DNA of 52,214 bases. Source: Bacillales bacterium UBA7057 (GTDB taxonomy: Bacteria; Bacillota_I; Bacilli_A; RF39; UBA660). Both the position numbers and the translations under genes were made by a program. The stretch is taken from contig DLAC01000001.1 in NCBI GenBank assembly GCA_002493865.1, forward strand, positions 1,330 through 53,543, given 5' to 3'. Each line of letters starts with the position of its first letter. Position 1 is the first letter of the stretch. Of this stretch, positions 17,019 to 27,023 are shown in pieces. The notes below the pieces were generated by a model. That model made no database searches and had not been told where the DNA came from. It worked only from the letters and a program-made list of their open reading frames with translations.

Positions 17019-18962
17019 GATTGCCTCTTCTAATTCTTTTTTGGTCATCTTTGTATAACCTTTGATTCCTTTTTCTTTTGCTATTGCTTTTAATTTTTCA
17101 AGTTCTTGATCCACTTCTTTTTCAAGTTCTTCTGGCATCTTACCCGTTTCTACTAAAGAATCAATTTGTTCCTTTGTCAAGGTTTCATACTCTAATAAAG
17201 CATCCGCAATTCTTTTTACAAGATCTTTGTTATCTGTCAAAATTTTCTTTGCTGCTTGGTAACATGAATCAATAATCTTACGAACTTCCTTATCAATTTC
17301 ATGCGCAATCTCATTGGAGAAGTTACGACTCTTATTATAATCTCTACCTAAGAATACGCCACCTTCTTGTTGTTCTAATTGAACAGGTCCCAAATCACTC
17401 ATACCATATTCAGTAACCATCGCACGTGCAATTTTCGTGGCTTTTTCAAAGTCATTATGTGCACCCGTTGTTACCTCTTTAAATTTGATTTCTTCAGAAA
17501 CACGTCCACCTAACAAACCAGTAATTCTTTGTAGTAATTCGGTTTTTGTAGATAAATATGTTTCTTCACTAGGCATCATTAAGGTATAACCACCTGCTTG
17601 ACCTCTTGGAATAATCGTAATTTTTTGAACATCATCTGCATTTGGAAGTTTAATACCAAGAACCGCATGCCCTGCTTCATGGTAAGCAACCACTTCTTTT
17701 TCATGGTCGTTATATTTTCTAGAAACTTTGGCAGGACCACCAATGACACGGTCTGTTGCCTCATCAATTTCACTCATTGTAATTGCATTTTTATTTCTAC
17801 GTACTGCTAGAAGAGCAGCTTCATTTAATAGATTTTCTAAGGCAGCTCCACTAAATCCTGGAGTTCTTTTTGCCAAGAAAGATAATTCTACTGATTTATC
17901 TAGAACTTTATCCTTTGCATGAACTTTTAATATTTCTTCACGCTCACGAACATCTGGTAAATCAACAGTTACCTGACGATCAAATCTTCCTGGACGAAGA
18001 AGTGCTGGGTCTAAGACATCTGCACGGTTTGTGGCTGCGATAATGATAATTCCTTCATTTGCCCCAAATCCATCCATTTCTGTAAGTAATTGGTTTAGTG
18101 TTTGTTCCCTTTCATCATGTCCACCACCAAGACCTGTACCACGTTGTCTACCAACGGCATCAATTTCATCAATAAAGATTAAGCAAGGTGCTGTGTGTTT
18201 TGCTTGTTTAAACATATCACGAACACGACTAGCTCCAACACCGACAAATAATTCTACAAAATCAGAACCACTAATATAGTAGAATGGAACATTGGCTTCT
18301 CCTGCAACTGCTTTGGCTAGTAATGTTTTACCAGTCCCTGGAGGTCCTACTAAAAGAACACCCTTTGGAATTCTAGCTCCTAATTTTGTAAATCGTTTAG
18401 GATTTTTCAAGAAGTCAATTAATTCACTTACCTCCTCTTTCTCCTCTTTTAATCCAGCTACATCCTTAAATGTTACTTTATTATTATCATTACTTAGTCT
18501 TGCTCTACTCTTACCGAAATCCATAGATTTATTTGCGCCACCTACTTGTTTCGTTAAGAAGAAGAACCCTGCTCCAACAATAATTACAATTGGTAAAATA
18601 TTCATAACGATTAATAACAAAGAACTAGATTCAGGATCCGCTTTGGTATTAATTTCGATATCTCCACTTTGAGTACTTAAAATTTCACTCATGACAGCTT
18701 CACTTAAAGGAACACGTACAAAGAAACTTTCATTCTCTTTATATCCCTCTAGTTTACCAGTAATTTCATAAGTAACTGCTCTTTCTTTTGGAGTAATTGT
18801 TAATTCTGTTACTTTCTCTTCATCTAATAGAGTAATTAATTTATCATAACTTAATGCATTTACTTTACGATTCATAACGTTAAATGCGTAATAAGCTCCA
18901 AATACAAATAATATTAAAAATAAGTAAGGTAATAACCCTCGTTTTAAACTATTTTTGTTCAT
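17007..18962 (-). CDS. ftsH: ATP-dependent zinc metalloprotease FtsH
   Basis: Two N-terminal TM helices. AAA+ Walker A GPPGTGKT and Walker B IIFIDEID. Zinc site HEAGHA. 651 aa. Confidence 0.97.
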   Translation of the reverse strand: MNKNSLKRGLLPYLFLILFVFGAYYAFNVMNRKVNALSYDKLITLLDEEKVTELTITPKERAVTYEITGKLEGYKENESFFVRVPLSEAVMSEILSTQSGDIEINTKADPESSSLLLIVMNILPIVIIVGAGFFFLTKQVGGANKSMDFGKSRARLSNDNNKVTFKDVAGLKEEKEEVSELIDFLKNPKRFTKLGARIPKGVLLVGPPGTGKTLLAKAVAGEANVPFYYISGSDFVELFVGVGASRVRDMFKQAKHTAPCLIFIDEIDAVGRQRGTGLGGGHDEREQTLNQLLTEMDGFGANEGIIIIAATNRADVLDPALLRPGRFDRQVTVDLPDVREREEILKVHAKDKVLDKSVELSFLAKRTPGFSGAALENLLNEAALLAVRRNKNAITMSEIDEATDRVIGGPAKVSRKYNDHEKEVVAYHEAGHAVLGIKLPNADDVQKITIIPRGQAGGYTLMMPSEETYLSTKTELLQRITGLLGGRVSEEIKFKEVTTGAHNDFEKATKIARAMVTEYGMSDLGPVQLEQQEGGVFLGRDYNKSRNFSNEIAHEIDKEVRKIIDSCYQAAKKILTDNKDLVKRIADALLEYETLTKEQIDSLVETGKMPEELEKEVDQELEKLKAIAKEKGIKGYTKMTKKELEEAIKED

Positions 18963-18975
18963 CCTCTTCCTCCTT

Positions 18976-20331
18976 TTAATAGTATTTTACTATTATATCA
19001 TAATTCTCATTTTTTTGTTTATTAAATTTACTTTTCTTAATTCCTGGAATCCATACAACGGTATCAGTCGCATCCACAACGATTGGCCAAAGTTCTCTTT
19101 CCTGCATCGGAATCTTGGAATCAATAAAGATATCTTTGACTTTTTTATGCCCATTGGTTCCCTTTAAGGCAATCTTATCTCCATATTTTCTAGTACGAAT
19201 ATAAAGAGGTAAGCAAATCTCTTCACTATTCAGTCTACAAACATCATTCCCATTCGTGGATTCTTCTTCTACTTTTTCAATGGTTTTTCCATTCGGCAAA
19301 TTTGCATAATCAAAGAGTTCAATTTCATAAGTATCAATGGTATTACTCTGCCTTTCAAAAGTAAGTAAGTCATACGCTCTCACTACTTTTACTTGATCTG
19401 GTAAAAAGATAAAACTATTTTTCTTTTTGGAATGAATCAGTTTTTGAATAAGTTCTACATGCCGATCATGAATCACCATCAAATCATCTTGATAAATTGT
19501 AGCCAAAATAGAATTTAATACTTTTTCCTGAAGTACCTCGTCGATTTCTAAGAATTTAGAAATATAAAATGATTTTTGATCTGGCTGATAAAGCTTTTTA
19601 TATTCTTTTTTCGCCTGACCATCGATATAATTATTATATTTGATTAAAGTTTTACTAAATTTTAGAAACTTTTCATGATATTTTGGATCTTCTTCTTTCA
19701 AAAAAGGTAATACTTTTTTTCGATAACGGTTTCTAGTATAAGTTTCCTTTTCATTCGAAGAATCAATCACATAAGGTATTTGATGTTCTAAATCAAACTG
19801 CTTGATTTCTTCTTTGGTAACCCCAATGAGTGGACGAACTAAAGTGTAATTATCCTGTTTGACTACTTGCTGAAATCCCGCATAACCTACCAAGCTAGAG
19901 CCACGCACAAGCCTCATTAAAATGGTCTCGACTAAATCATCTCCATGATGAGCAGTCATTAAATAGTTCGCTCCATATTTTTGAACAATTCCCTCAAAGT
20001 AATGATAACGAATGGTACGGGCTTCATTATGAAAATTATCATCTCCATAGTTCTCAATAATCATAGACTCAAAGGCGATATTTTTCTTTTTACACCAGTC
20101 CTCCAAGAATTCCTTTTCTTCAAAGCTTTCTCTTCGAATATTATGATTGACATGACAACATACAAGAGAAAAATGAATTCTTTCTTCTAAATCTTTTAAA
20201 ATACTAAGAAGTGCCATAGAATCCGGTCCCCCAGAACAACCTACTACAATAATGTCTTCTTTTTTTAAACAAAGTTCTTTTTTTAAATATTGATATACAT
20301 GATTCATAATTTCACCTGTTTCTAAATCCAT
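18976..20331 (-). CDS. tilS: tRNA(Ile)-lysidine synthase
   Basis: PP-loop motif SGGPDS. TilS C-terminal domain. Conserved tilS-ftsH adjacency; no hprT lies between them here. Confidence 0.9.
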   Translation of the reverse strand: MDLETGEIMNHVYQYLKKELCLKKEDIIVVGCSGGPDSMALLSILKDLEERIHFSLVCCHVNHNIRRESFEEKEFLEDWCKKKNIAFESMIIENYGDDNFHNEARTIRYHYFEGIVQKYGANYLMTAHHGDDLVETILMRLVRGSSLVGYAGFQQVVKQDNYTLVRPLIGVTKEEIKQFDLEHQIPYVIDSSNEKETYTRNRYRKKVLPFLKEEDPKYHEKFLKFSKTLIKYNNYIDGQAKKEYKKLYQPDQKSFYISKFLEIDEVLQEKVLNSILATIYQDDLMVIHDRHVELIQKLIHSKKKNSFIFLPDQVKVVRAYDLLTFERQSNTIDTYEIELFDYANLPNGKTIEKVEEESTNGNDVCRLNSEEICLPLYIRTRKYGDKIALKGTNGHKKVKDIFIDSKIPMQERELWPIVVDATDTVVWIPGIKKSKFNKQKNENYDIIVKYY

Positions 20332-20375
20332 TCAATTGTTATTTTACCATAACTATGGAAAAAACAACCATAATA

Positions 20376-20406
20376 TAGAAAAGAAGTGCATATATTTTAC
20401 ACTTCT
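20376..20406 (-). terminator. Rho-independent terminator of the LRR-like protein gene
   Basis: The minus strand reads AGAAGTGTAAAATATATGCACTTCT followed by TTTCTAT. The stem overlaps the stop codon. Confidence 0.5.
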
Positions 20407-22861
20407 ACCATCGAAATACAATTTTTACAATGAGGAATCCAATAAAGAAAAGGAAATTTAGTAAGAATAAAATACCAAGAATAGAAACACCATGATTCTT
20501 TGGAACTGACGTTAAAGAAGGAATAGAGGATTTTTGATACAAGTCTTCTATGGTAAGATATAATGATTCTAAATAAGCATATTGAAAATCCTTGGGAACA
20601 ATTAAACCATCACTACTCTCTAAATTAGTTAAATATAAGGTACCTCCAATGAACTTTGATAATCCCAAATTCTCTGCAGAAAGTAAATTTCCTAAGAATA
20701 CATCTCCACCAATCCAAGGGGATAATTGAAACGAAGAAGCATGAATCATTCCATCTAGTGAGCAGTCTCTTCCAATAAAATCAGGAAATTCTACATTTTC
20801 TAGATGAGTCACACTTTCTAAGCCTAGGCTTCCCCCAAGATAAGAAGGAAACTTTTGATTTTTAGCAGTAATTAAGTTCTCGAGATTTAAGTCCCCACTG
20901 ATATGTTCTGGAAACTTAAAGTTTTCAATATAGGTTAGACTTTTTAAAATCAAATCTCCTTCCAGGGATTCTGGTAAAATTAAATCATCGGTACTTACTA
21001 AACTACTTAAATCTAGTGTACCATTTAATTGTTTTGGAAGTTGTAATCCTCCAGCATATTTTAAAGATTTTAATCCTAGACCCCCTCCAAGAAATTTAGG
21101 TAAGGTTAACTCATTCGCACTCTCTAGCCCATTCATCCAAAGATTTCCATGAAGGATTGTAGGAAGCCTCAATCCATGTGCACTCTTTAATCCATTGAGC
21201 CAAAGTTCACCAAAAATCTCATCCGGTAGCTCTAGTCCCTCTATATCCAGAAGACCATTAAGTCCTAAATCCCCTCCAAGACTAGAAGGCAGTTCTATCC
21301 CTTTCACACATTTCAAATGACTGAGCCATAAATCTCCTTTCACTGTTTCAGGTAACTGAAATCCACCCTTGGGAACTCGTTCTAATGAATTTAACCTTAC
21401 GGAACCAAGAACGGTCTTTGTGAATTGAACATCTTTGATGTCTGTTACATTTTCTAAATTCAAATTTCCATAAATATATTCAGGAAACTCTACTTTTTCT
21501 AGATGAGAAAGCCCTGATAGATTTAATCCTCCTCCAATAATAAATCTAGGAAGGGAAATCCCTTCTAAAGTATGAAGAAACGATAAATCTAAATGACCAT
21601 AAAAGTATTTGACCTGTTTTCCATTTAAAACATCGGAGGTATCACTCGATATTTCGTCTTCTCTACAATGAAATATTTCCATTAAATCCTGTTTGTAATC
21701 TCTTGTTTTTAGGATTTCGCTGATTCTTGGATCACTCCCATAGCCAAATCCCTCAATCTTATTATCAATCTGGTAAAGAAACCGAATTTCATCTAAAGTA
21801 AGTTCCGATGTTTGAACCTTTGTATAAATACTGGTCAACTTTTTCATATCAGAGACTTTCTTTTTATACCTCTTTCCATCTGGAAATTCTTTTAATTTTT
21901 CTTCTAACGCAGGTTGCATTTCTGGTTCTATCTCTTGTCTTGGCGCAATTCCACGAATTTCTTCAATCTTATTTTTTCCATTCATCCAAATCGCAATTCT
22001 TGGATTTTTATAAAGTCCTTCGGAGTCTTTCGTATAATATACATAGAAATCTCCTTTTTGAAGTTCCCCTTTGGCCGTTTCAATTCCTGCGGTACACCAG
22101 TTCGTTCCACTTCCTTCAATTCCCTTGACTAATATATTTGGATCACTTCCCTGATCATATTTAATCCAAATACCTTCATTCATGTCCTTCCTTGATAATT
22201 CAACCTTCCGTAACATATATCCATACAGTTTTGAAAAACTACCATTTTCTAATAATCTCTGTAAGACAGGTTCCTCTACTGGTTCTCCATGGAGTTCATC
22301 CTGTAAATTTTGATATACGAGTTCTAAAGCCTCCTTATCTAAATGTACAAATAAATTTGTAGTAGAAGTCGATCTTTTATTAAATTGAGACTTTTCATGA
22401 TCATAGGTTCCAAGTTTAAGCATTCCTTGAAAAGCATAATACTTAAACCATTCTGGATAAGGACATTCTTCACTAAAGAAATAATCTAGCCAAACATCCA
22501 AGGACTTTTTTTGATCTCCAATGACTGCTGAAACTAAGTCCTTCTTTTCTTCTTCTGTAAATTCAATATGACCATATCCTCGATCAAGAGCCATTAATTT
22601 TTTCTTGTCGTAAAAGGACTCTTTGATGTTTTCTTCTTTTATAATATATTTTTGGTAATAGAGTTCTTTCAGTAATTGAATTCCATGAAGATCTCTACTC
22701 CTAGCCAAATTTTCTACTCTATTTAACCGATCTAAATATTTGCGCACCTTTTCATTTTTATCATCTTTTGAAGTTGCAGTATGCATCACGGAATCACTCA
22801 TATGTAAATCTTGATATAATCGGTTTAAGAAACTTTCCCCATGATAATGATAATCTCCCAT
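20405..22861 (-). CDS. Large tail-anchored protein: unknown ~420-aa N-terminal domain, ~16 x 21-aa LRR-like repeats, C-terminal TM helix
   Basis: No signal peptide (MGDYHYHGESFLNRLYQDL). Repeat unit resembles L.LP..l.G.L.L..L.s...., for example LELPDEIFGELWLNGLKSAHG / LRLPTILHGNLWMNGLESANE / LTLPKFLGGGLGLKSLKYAGG. The last 28 aa (GVSILGILFLLNFLFFIGFLIVKIVFRW) are hydrophobic. Confidence 0.75.
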   Translation of the reverse strand: MGDYHYHGESFLNRLYQDLHMSDSVMHTATSKDDKNEKVRKYLDRLNRVENLARSRDLHGIQLLKELYYQKYIIKEENIKESFYDKKKLMALDRGYGHIEFTEEEKKDLVSAVIGDQKKSLDVWLDYFFSEECPYPEWFKYYAFQGMLKLGTYDHEKSQFNKRSTSTTNLFVHLDKEALELVYQNLQDELHGEPVEEPVLQRLLENGSFSKLYGYMLRKVELSRKDMNEGIWIKYDQGSDPNILVKGIEGSGTNWCTAGIETAKGELQKGDFYVYYTKDSEGLYKNPRIAIWMNGKNKIEEIRGIAPRQEIEPEMQPALEEKLKEFPDGKRYKKKVSDMKKLTSIYTKVQTSELTLDEIRFLYQIDNKIEGFGYGSDPRISEILKTRDYKQDLMEIFHCREDEISSDTSDVLNGKQVKYFYGHLDLSFLHTLEGISLPRFIIGGGLNLSGLSHLEKVEFPEYIYGNLNLENVTDIKDVQFTKTVLGSVRLNSLERVPKGGFQLPETVKGDLWLSHLKCVKGIELPSSLGGDLGLNGLLDIEGLELPDEIFGELWLNGLKSAHGLRLPTILHGNLWMNGLESANELTLPKFLGGGLGLKSLKYAGGLQLPKQLNGTLDLSSLVSTDDLILPESLEGDLILKSLTYIENFKFPEHISGDLNLENLITAKNQKFPSYLGGSLGLESVTHLENVEFPDFIGRDCSLDGMIHASSFQLSPWIGGDVFLGNLLSAENLGLSKFIGGTLYLTNLESSDGLIVPKDFQYAYLESLYLTIEDLYQKSSIPSLTSVPKNHGVSILGILFLLNFLFFIGFLIVKIVFRW
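20567..21601 (-). repeat. Degenerate 63-nt coding tandem repeats (about 16 units) encoding the 21-aa LRR-like array
   Basis: The period was derived from the protein repeats (residues ~421-765). The units are diverged at nucleotide level. Confidence 0.7.
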
Positions 22862-22885
22862 AGAATCCCTACTTTCTATATTTCA

Positions 22886-22894
22886 ATTATAGCA
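22886..22894 (-). promoter_or_regulatory. Extended -10 promoter element (TGCTATAAT) upstream of the LRR-like protein gene
   Basis: The minus strand reads CCGTGCTATAATTG, about 25 nt upstream of the ATG. The -35 is weak. Confidence 0.4.
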
Positions 22895-22968
22895 CGGATA
22901 ATTTTCTAAAAGAATTTAAAAATACACATAAAAAAATCATTTTCTAGAATACCAAGATATTAGTAAAA

Positions 22969-23286
22969 TTATTCATCATCATTTGGAATTCTTAAAATGA
23001 TTTCTCCTTCTTTAGAATACATATATTTTTCTCTCGCATAACGCGCAACATAATCTGGATCTTCAAGCTTTTCTACATCTACTTTTAGTTCTTCTTCTTT
23101 TTCTCTTAAAGATAACATTTTTTGTTGAAGAGCTTCTTTTTCTTTATATTTATCTAGGATTTGAACCCAATAGTTCCCAATTAAAATACTAACGGCTGCA
23201 ATCACAAAAAGACAACAAGGTATAAATAGTATAAACCTTGTATACGTCAGTTTCTTTTTAGTTGTCTTCTTTTTTGTTGTAGCCAT
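22969..23286 (-). CDS. divIC: Septum formation initiator, DivIC/FtsB family
   Basis: Short basic N-terminus, single TM, then a coiled coil (KEKEALQQKMLSLREKEEELKVDVEKLEDPDYVARYAREKY). Conserved yabP-yabQ-divIC order. Confidence 0.8.
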   Translation of the reverse strand: MATTKKKTTKKKLTYTRFILFIPCCLFVIAAVSILIGNYWVQILDKYKEKEALQQKMLSLREKEEELKVDVEKLEDPDYVARYAREKYMYSKEGEIILRIPNDDE

Positions 23287-23402
23287 AGTACCCTCCTACA
23301 AGAATTATAGAAGGGATAAAAGGAAAAGACAATGATTTTACTTGTGAAATTTTTTACTTTACGTTTTTTTGTCACAGAGAAAATGTCAAATTATGGAAAT
23401 CA

Positions 23403-23696
23403 TTACTTTTCTTTCTTGAAAAATACTCTTCTCGCTTTGCGACTAAACAAATTTCCAATGAAAGTACCCAAGATAACTAATATTAGAAAATAAAGATGAA
23501 CGACTCCTCCATTGATTAAATAAAGAAGAAAGAAATAAAAAAGACAAATAAAAAAACTAAACAAAAATGTGAATATTATTTGAAATGTTTTTTTAGATAA
23601 AAAAAGAAATCGATAACATAAATTCATCAGATAGGAAACTAAAAATCCATAGAAAAATGAAACAATAAAGCTTTGAATTTGAACAGATAAAGCCAT
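23403..23696 (-). CDS. yabQ: Spore cortex biosynthesis protein YabQ-like small membrane protein
   Basis: 97 aa with 3 hydrophobic helices. Sits immediately downstream of yabP with the start overlapping the yabP stop. Called mainly from synteny. Confidence 0.55.
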   Translation of the reverse strand: MALSVQIQSFIVSFFYGFLVSYLMNLCYRFLFLSKKTFQIIFTFLFSFFICLFYFFLLYLINGGVVHLYFLILVILGTFIGNLFSRKARRVFFKKEK

Positions 23697-23986
23697 TATT
23701 TAAATAACCTACTGATAAATGTAGAATCTTTCTCTTTTTTTGTGGCATCATCGACATAAGCAAAAGATTTTAAGAAACCTTTAATAGAGACATTTCCTTG
23801 AAGTGTATCCAGTTTTAGAAGTTCCAAATCATCTCCCTTTAATACTAAAAAGCCCATGACTGTTTCCATAAGGAATTCTTCATTATCAAAGCTCTCTATT
23901 TTTTTTACCCCAGTTACTAAAATATTTTTTCTCTCTACAATATTAATACTATGATTGTAATTGGCAATTGTGTTATCCTTGTCCAT
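23696..23986 (-). CDS. yabP: Sporulation protein YabP
   Basis: Start refined to MDKDNTIANYNHSINIVERKNILVTGVKKIESFDNEEF after RBS TAGGTGAT; the ORF track extends to 24052. YabP-type pattern and synteny. Confidence 0.7.
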   Translation of the reverse strand: MDKDNTIANYNHSINIVERKNILVTGVKKIESFDNEEFLMETVMGFLVLKGDDLELLKLDTLQGNVSIKGFLKSFAYVDDATKKEKDSTFISRLFK

Positions 23987-24061
23987 ATAATCACCTACTA
24001 TAGCGTATGAAGGAACATAAAAAAATATGAGAACATCTTCTAGAATTCCCATATATATTTT

Positions 24062-24319
24062 TTATGATTCCATATTTTCAAGATTAATATCTAATACATC
24101 TTTCGCGGCTTCCAAAAATAAAGGTAATAATTCAGTAGTTAACTCTTTATCTTCAAGCTCTACAAGTTCTTCCCCATCTTCATAACAAAACTTTAAATTT
24201 CCATGATTTTTAATATCCACTAAGTAATAATAGAACTTGTCTTTATAATTAATTTTACTAACTACTACATATTCATTATCATCATCAAGAACTAAAGTAT
24301 CTTTCATTTCTGCTATCAT
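24062..24319 (-). CDS. Small acidic protein, DUF1292-like
   Basis: 85 aa. The pattern L.DDDNEY.V.....Y.DK.YYYLV ... ELVELEDKEL resembles the DUF1292/YrzB family. Recognition by eye only. Confidence 0.4.
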   Translation of the reverse strand: MIAEMKDTLVLDDDNEYVVVSKINYKDKFYYYLVDIKNHGNLKFCYEDGEELVELEDKELTTELLPLFLEAAKDVLDINLENMES

Positions 24320-24630
24320 CGTTTTTTACCTACACTTTCTTGAGGATCAGTATTTTCTATTCCGAGCTGTACATCAATATCTTCAATCTTTGTTTGTAAA
24401 ACCGTCTTTTGAACAATTGATTCTACTAAGGAATGTGCAAACTGTAAAGCAGAATATCCCAAAGGTAAAAAAATTATTGGGGAAGTTCCTAATGCTAATG
24501 CAGCTGCACTTACTCCAACTACTGAGGCTAACCATTTAGAAGAATCCTTAATATCAGCATTTGCTACTGTTATATCTTCTTCATATTTTTTTCTTAATCT
24601 TACCTTATATCTTCTTTCTAAACCATCCAT
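24316..24630 (-). CDS. Hypothetical small membrane protein (104 aa)
   Basis: Start refined to MDGLERRYKVRLRKK after RBS AAGGAAGGTG; the ORF track extends to 24690. One or two central hydrophobic helices. The stop overlaps the next gene start. Confidence 0.45.
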   Translation of the reverse strand: MDGLERRYKVRLRKKYEEDITVANADIKDSSKWLASVVGVSAAALALGTSPIIFLPLGYSALQFAHSLVESIVQKTVLQTKIEDIDVQLGIENTDPQESVGKKR

Positions 24631-24737
24631 ACAAGCACCTTCCTTACTTCTAAGGATACCGTTATCAAAAAATAAAGTCAATAAATACATGAAATGTTAT
24701 ACAGAAATATACAGAGACATTAAAAAATAAAAAGCAT

Positions 24738-24760
24738 AAAAAAAGCCTCTTTCGAGACTT
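24738..24760 (-). terminator. Rho-independent terminator of spoVG
   Basis: The minus strand reads AAGTCTCGAAAGAGGCTT followed by TTTTTTAT. Confidence 0.65.
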
Positions 24761-24772
24761 AATATTTTTATT

Positions 24773-25057
24773 TTATTCTTCCTCTTCAGAATCTACAGGA
24801 TCTTCTGCTTCATCGTAAGCTTTAAGAATTGTTTCTTCGAACATTGCACGTACTTCTGGATTAATTGGATGTGCAATATCTCTATATCCACCAGTAGGAG
24901 TTTTCTTACTAGGCATAGCTATAAATAATCCTTTTTCTCCTTCGATAATTCTAATATCGTGTACTGCAAAACTATCATCTAATAATACAGATGCAATACC
25001 CTTCATTCTTGATCCTTCTTTTTCAATCTTACGAACATTTACAGTTGTAATCTTCAT
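24773..25057 (-). CDS. spoVG: Septation/regulatory protein SpoVG
   Basis: MKITTVNVRKIEKEGSRMKGIASVLLDDSFAVHDIRIIEGEKGLFIAMPSKKTP.G.YRDIAHPIN is near-canonical SpoVG. Confidence 0.95.
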   Translation of the reverse strand: MKITTVNVRKIEKEGSRMKGIASVLLDDSFAVHDIRIIEGEKGLFIAMPSKKTPTGGYRDIAHPINPEVRAMFEETILKAYDEAEDPVDSEEEE

Positions 25058-25127
25058 GTGTTATATCCTCCTTCTAAAGCATACACTTTATATTATTCAT
25101 CATATAATGGAATTTCTTAAAAGTCAA

Positions 25128-25373
25128 CTACTTTTGAGAAATATCACTAGAACATTTAGAAGAAATGGTAAGCTTTCTCATGAGTACATCACTATAACTG
25201 AATGACTTAATAAATTGACCTTCTTTTAAGGATATGATGAAAACAGAATCATAGGTATTTGTAATGGTCCCATAAAATTCCTCCGTTTGATTCCGACTCC
25301 CATGAAATCTGAAAAATAACTCTTGTCCTCGATAGGAATCCATCCTAGTTTTAATTTTTTCTATACTCGTCAT
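25128..25373 (-). CDS. veg: Veg protein (biofilm formation stimulator)
   Basis: Start refined to MTSIEKIKTRMDSYRG; the ORF track extends to 25397. Veg pattern G.R......G.I...Y.SVF.I ... FSYSD.L. Conserved yabG-veg order. Confidence 0.8.
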   Translation of the reverse strand: MTSIEKIKTRMDSYRGQELFFRFHGSRNQTEEFYGTITNTYDSVFIISLKEGQFIKSFSYSDVLMRKLTISSKCSSDISQK

Positions 25374-26152
25374 CTTGGATACCCCACAAACATGCATCCT
25401 TTCGTTACGACGCCACCGATTCCTTCCGATCCATAACGAGTTTTTTCAAGTAAGGGAACCAAATCAATCGTTTGATTCCGATCAGATAAGGCAATTCCAC
25501 TCGCAATGATTGCAGGATCTAAGGCATGAATATTAATTCGTTTGGGACTAGAAGCAAATGTAGCCCCTGACTTAATTAACTCTTCATAATTACTTTGACA
25601 AGCTCCTGCGATAATAATTAACTTATCCTGGTCCTTCTCATAATGCCTTGCCCGTTTTACTGCTTCAATAAAGTTTCTTGTATTCTTATAACTGTCCACA
25701 TTCTCAATAGTCCCTTTTCTTTTATAATAGGCATCATGCCCAGTGATTACTAAAATATCAGGAGTTAACTTCCTTAGATAATCTTCAATTTGGCTTGAAA
25801 TATCCTCTTCATGTAAGCAGACTCCATAAGACATAATATTTAACTTTTTATATAGATTTAAGCATCTTTTTAAATATTCTTCATCTCCATCAATATGAAG
25901 AACTTTTCCAGGAAGATAAAAGAATTCACTGCGATCTAGCGACAAACTTTGATCCATTCGTTCATAAATTTTCTCGTCATCTTCTATTTTTTTATCTTCT
26001 ACCTTTTTCAAATCTGTTAATTGACTATCTGCATATAATCTCATATTAATTCCTTTTAAATAAGCAATTTCTCCAGAAATATCAGTAATTCGAAAGAAAA
26101 CATCGTTATGATAGGAGTTCCTAGTAACAATGTCTCCAATATTAAAAAGCAT
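25370..26152 (-). CDS. yabG: Sporulation-specific peptidase YabG
   Basis: The N-terminus FNIGDIVTRNSYHNDVFFRI parallels B. subtilis YabG (FQIGDMVARKSYQMDVLFRI). ITGHDA block. Conserved ksgA-yabG-veg order. Confidence 0.85.
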   Translation of the reverse strand: MLFNIGDIVTRNSYHNDVFFRITDISGEIAYLKGINMRLYADSQLTDLKKVEDKKIEDDEKIYERMDQSLSLDRSEFFYLPGKVLHIDGDEEYLKRCLNLYKKLNIMSYGVCLHEEDISSQIEDYLRKLTPDILVITGHDAYYKRKGTIENVDSYKNTRNFIEAVKRARHYEKDQDKLIIIAGACQSNYEELIKSGATFASSPKRINIHALDPAIIASGIALSDRNQTIDLVPLLEKTRYGSEGIGGVVTKGCMFVGYPR

Positions 26153-26178
26153 ATCATCACCCTCTAAATGATATGCTT

Positions 26179-26973
26179 TTACTTACTTAATATATTACTA
26201 ATTTCTACAAATACCTCTAGCGGAAGTTCTTCCGCCCGCGTGGTTAATTGATAATTAAATTTACTTAAAACCGTTTCAATTAAAGAAAGATCATAACCCT
26301 TCAAATTATTTTTTAAATTTTTTCTTTTATATTGAAAACTATCTCGTACTATTTTTGAAAATAAACAAAAATCGTTAACCGGTAAAAGTTCCTTTTTTCT
26401 AGTTAAAGATAGAATAACACTATCTACATTAGGCTTTGGTACAAAACAGTTTCTACTAACTACAAACAATTGATTCATTTCAAAATAGTAGTTTAAGAAC
26501 ACTGTAATAGACCCATAATTTCTACTTTTGGGTTTCGCACAAAAACGTTCCCCCACTTCTTTTTGAACCATAATTACAATTTTATCAACGATAATTCCAG
26601 ACTCGATAATTTTCATTAAAATAGGTGTTGTAATATAGTATGGGAGATTGGCTATCACATATAAATGTTTATATTGATAATTTTCTAAATCTTGTTTGAT
26701 ATCTCTCGTTAGAAAGTCATCATAAATAATTTTGATATTAGAATAGGGCATTAGATTTTGAACCAAAATTTCTTCTAAAGAAGTATCTATTTCATAAGCT
26801 AATACTTCTTTACTAGCAATCGCAAGTTGCTTCGTAAGAGCTCCTGCACCAGGACCAACTTCAATGACCAAAGTATCCTCTGGTATCTGGCTATAAGATA
26901 CAATTTTACTAGGAATTGTATCATCTTTTAAAAAATTTTGTCCATACTTTTTTTTAAATTGAAATTGTTCCAT
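26179..26973 (-). CDS. rsmA: 16S rRNA (adenine1518/1519-N6)-dimethyltransferase
   Basis: KKYGQNFL start block, SAM motif VIEVGPGAGALT, NLPYYITTPI block. Confidence 0.95.
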   Translation of the reverse strand: MEQFQFKKKYGQNFLKDDTIPSKIVSYSQIPEDTLVIEVGPGAGALTKQLAIASKEVLAYEIDTSLEEILVQNLMPYSNIKIIYDDFLTRDIKQDLENYQYKHLYVIANLPYYITTPILMKIIESGIIVDKIVIMVQKEVGERFCAKPKSRNYGSITVFLNYYFEMNQLFVVSRNCFVPKPNVDSVILSLTRKKELLPVNDFCLFSKIVRDSFQYKRKNLKNNLKGYDLSLIETVLSKFNYQLTTRAEELPLEVFVEISNILSK

Positions 26974-27023
26974 AAGTTCCTCCAGTTCCCATACTATAAC
27001 ATACTTTTAATAAATGAACAAAT

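Noticed and set aside
17579-17773. Minus-strand 64-aa ORF nested out of frame inside ftsH. A similar case is 29201-29407 inside tatD.
   Set aside because: They overlap the conserved catalytic regions of ftsH and tatD in another frame. They have no RBS and are most likely chance ORFs.
3537-19167. Plus-strand ORFs in the track that lie antisense to long minus-strand genes: 3537-3815, 5030-5350, 5948-6241, 6287-6511, 8089-8391, 8893-9348, 10461-10649, 12331-12513, 16263-16472, 17078-17275, 17598-17810, 17728-17922, 18031-18279, 18292-18672, 18955-19167.
   Set aside because: Each is fully embedded opposite a well-supported conserved gene (cysS, clpC, the transporter, lysS, dusB, ftsH, tilS). None has an RBS. 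Their translations are low-complexity, as expected from antisense reading of AT-rich coding DNA.
20567-21601. Regular 63-nt periodicity, considered as a possible CRISPR array or non-coding satellite.
   Set aside because: The periodicity lies in frame within a single long ORF. The units are diverged at nucleotide level and conserved at protein level (the LRR-like consensus). There is no alternation of identical repeats with unique spacers.
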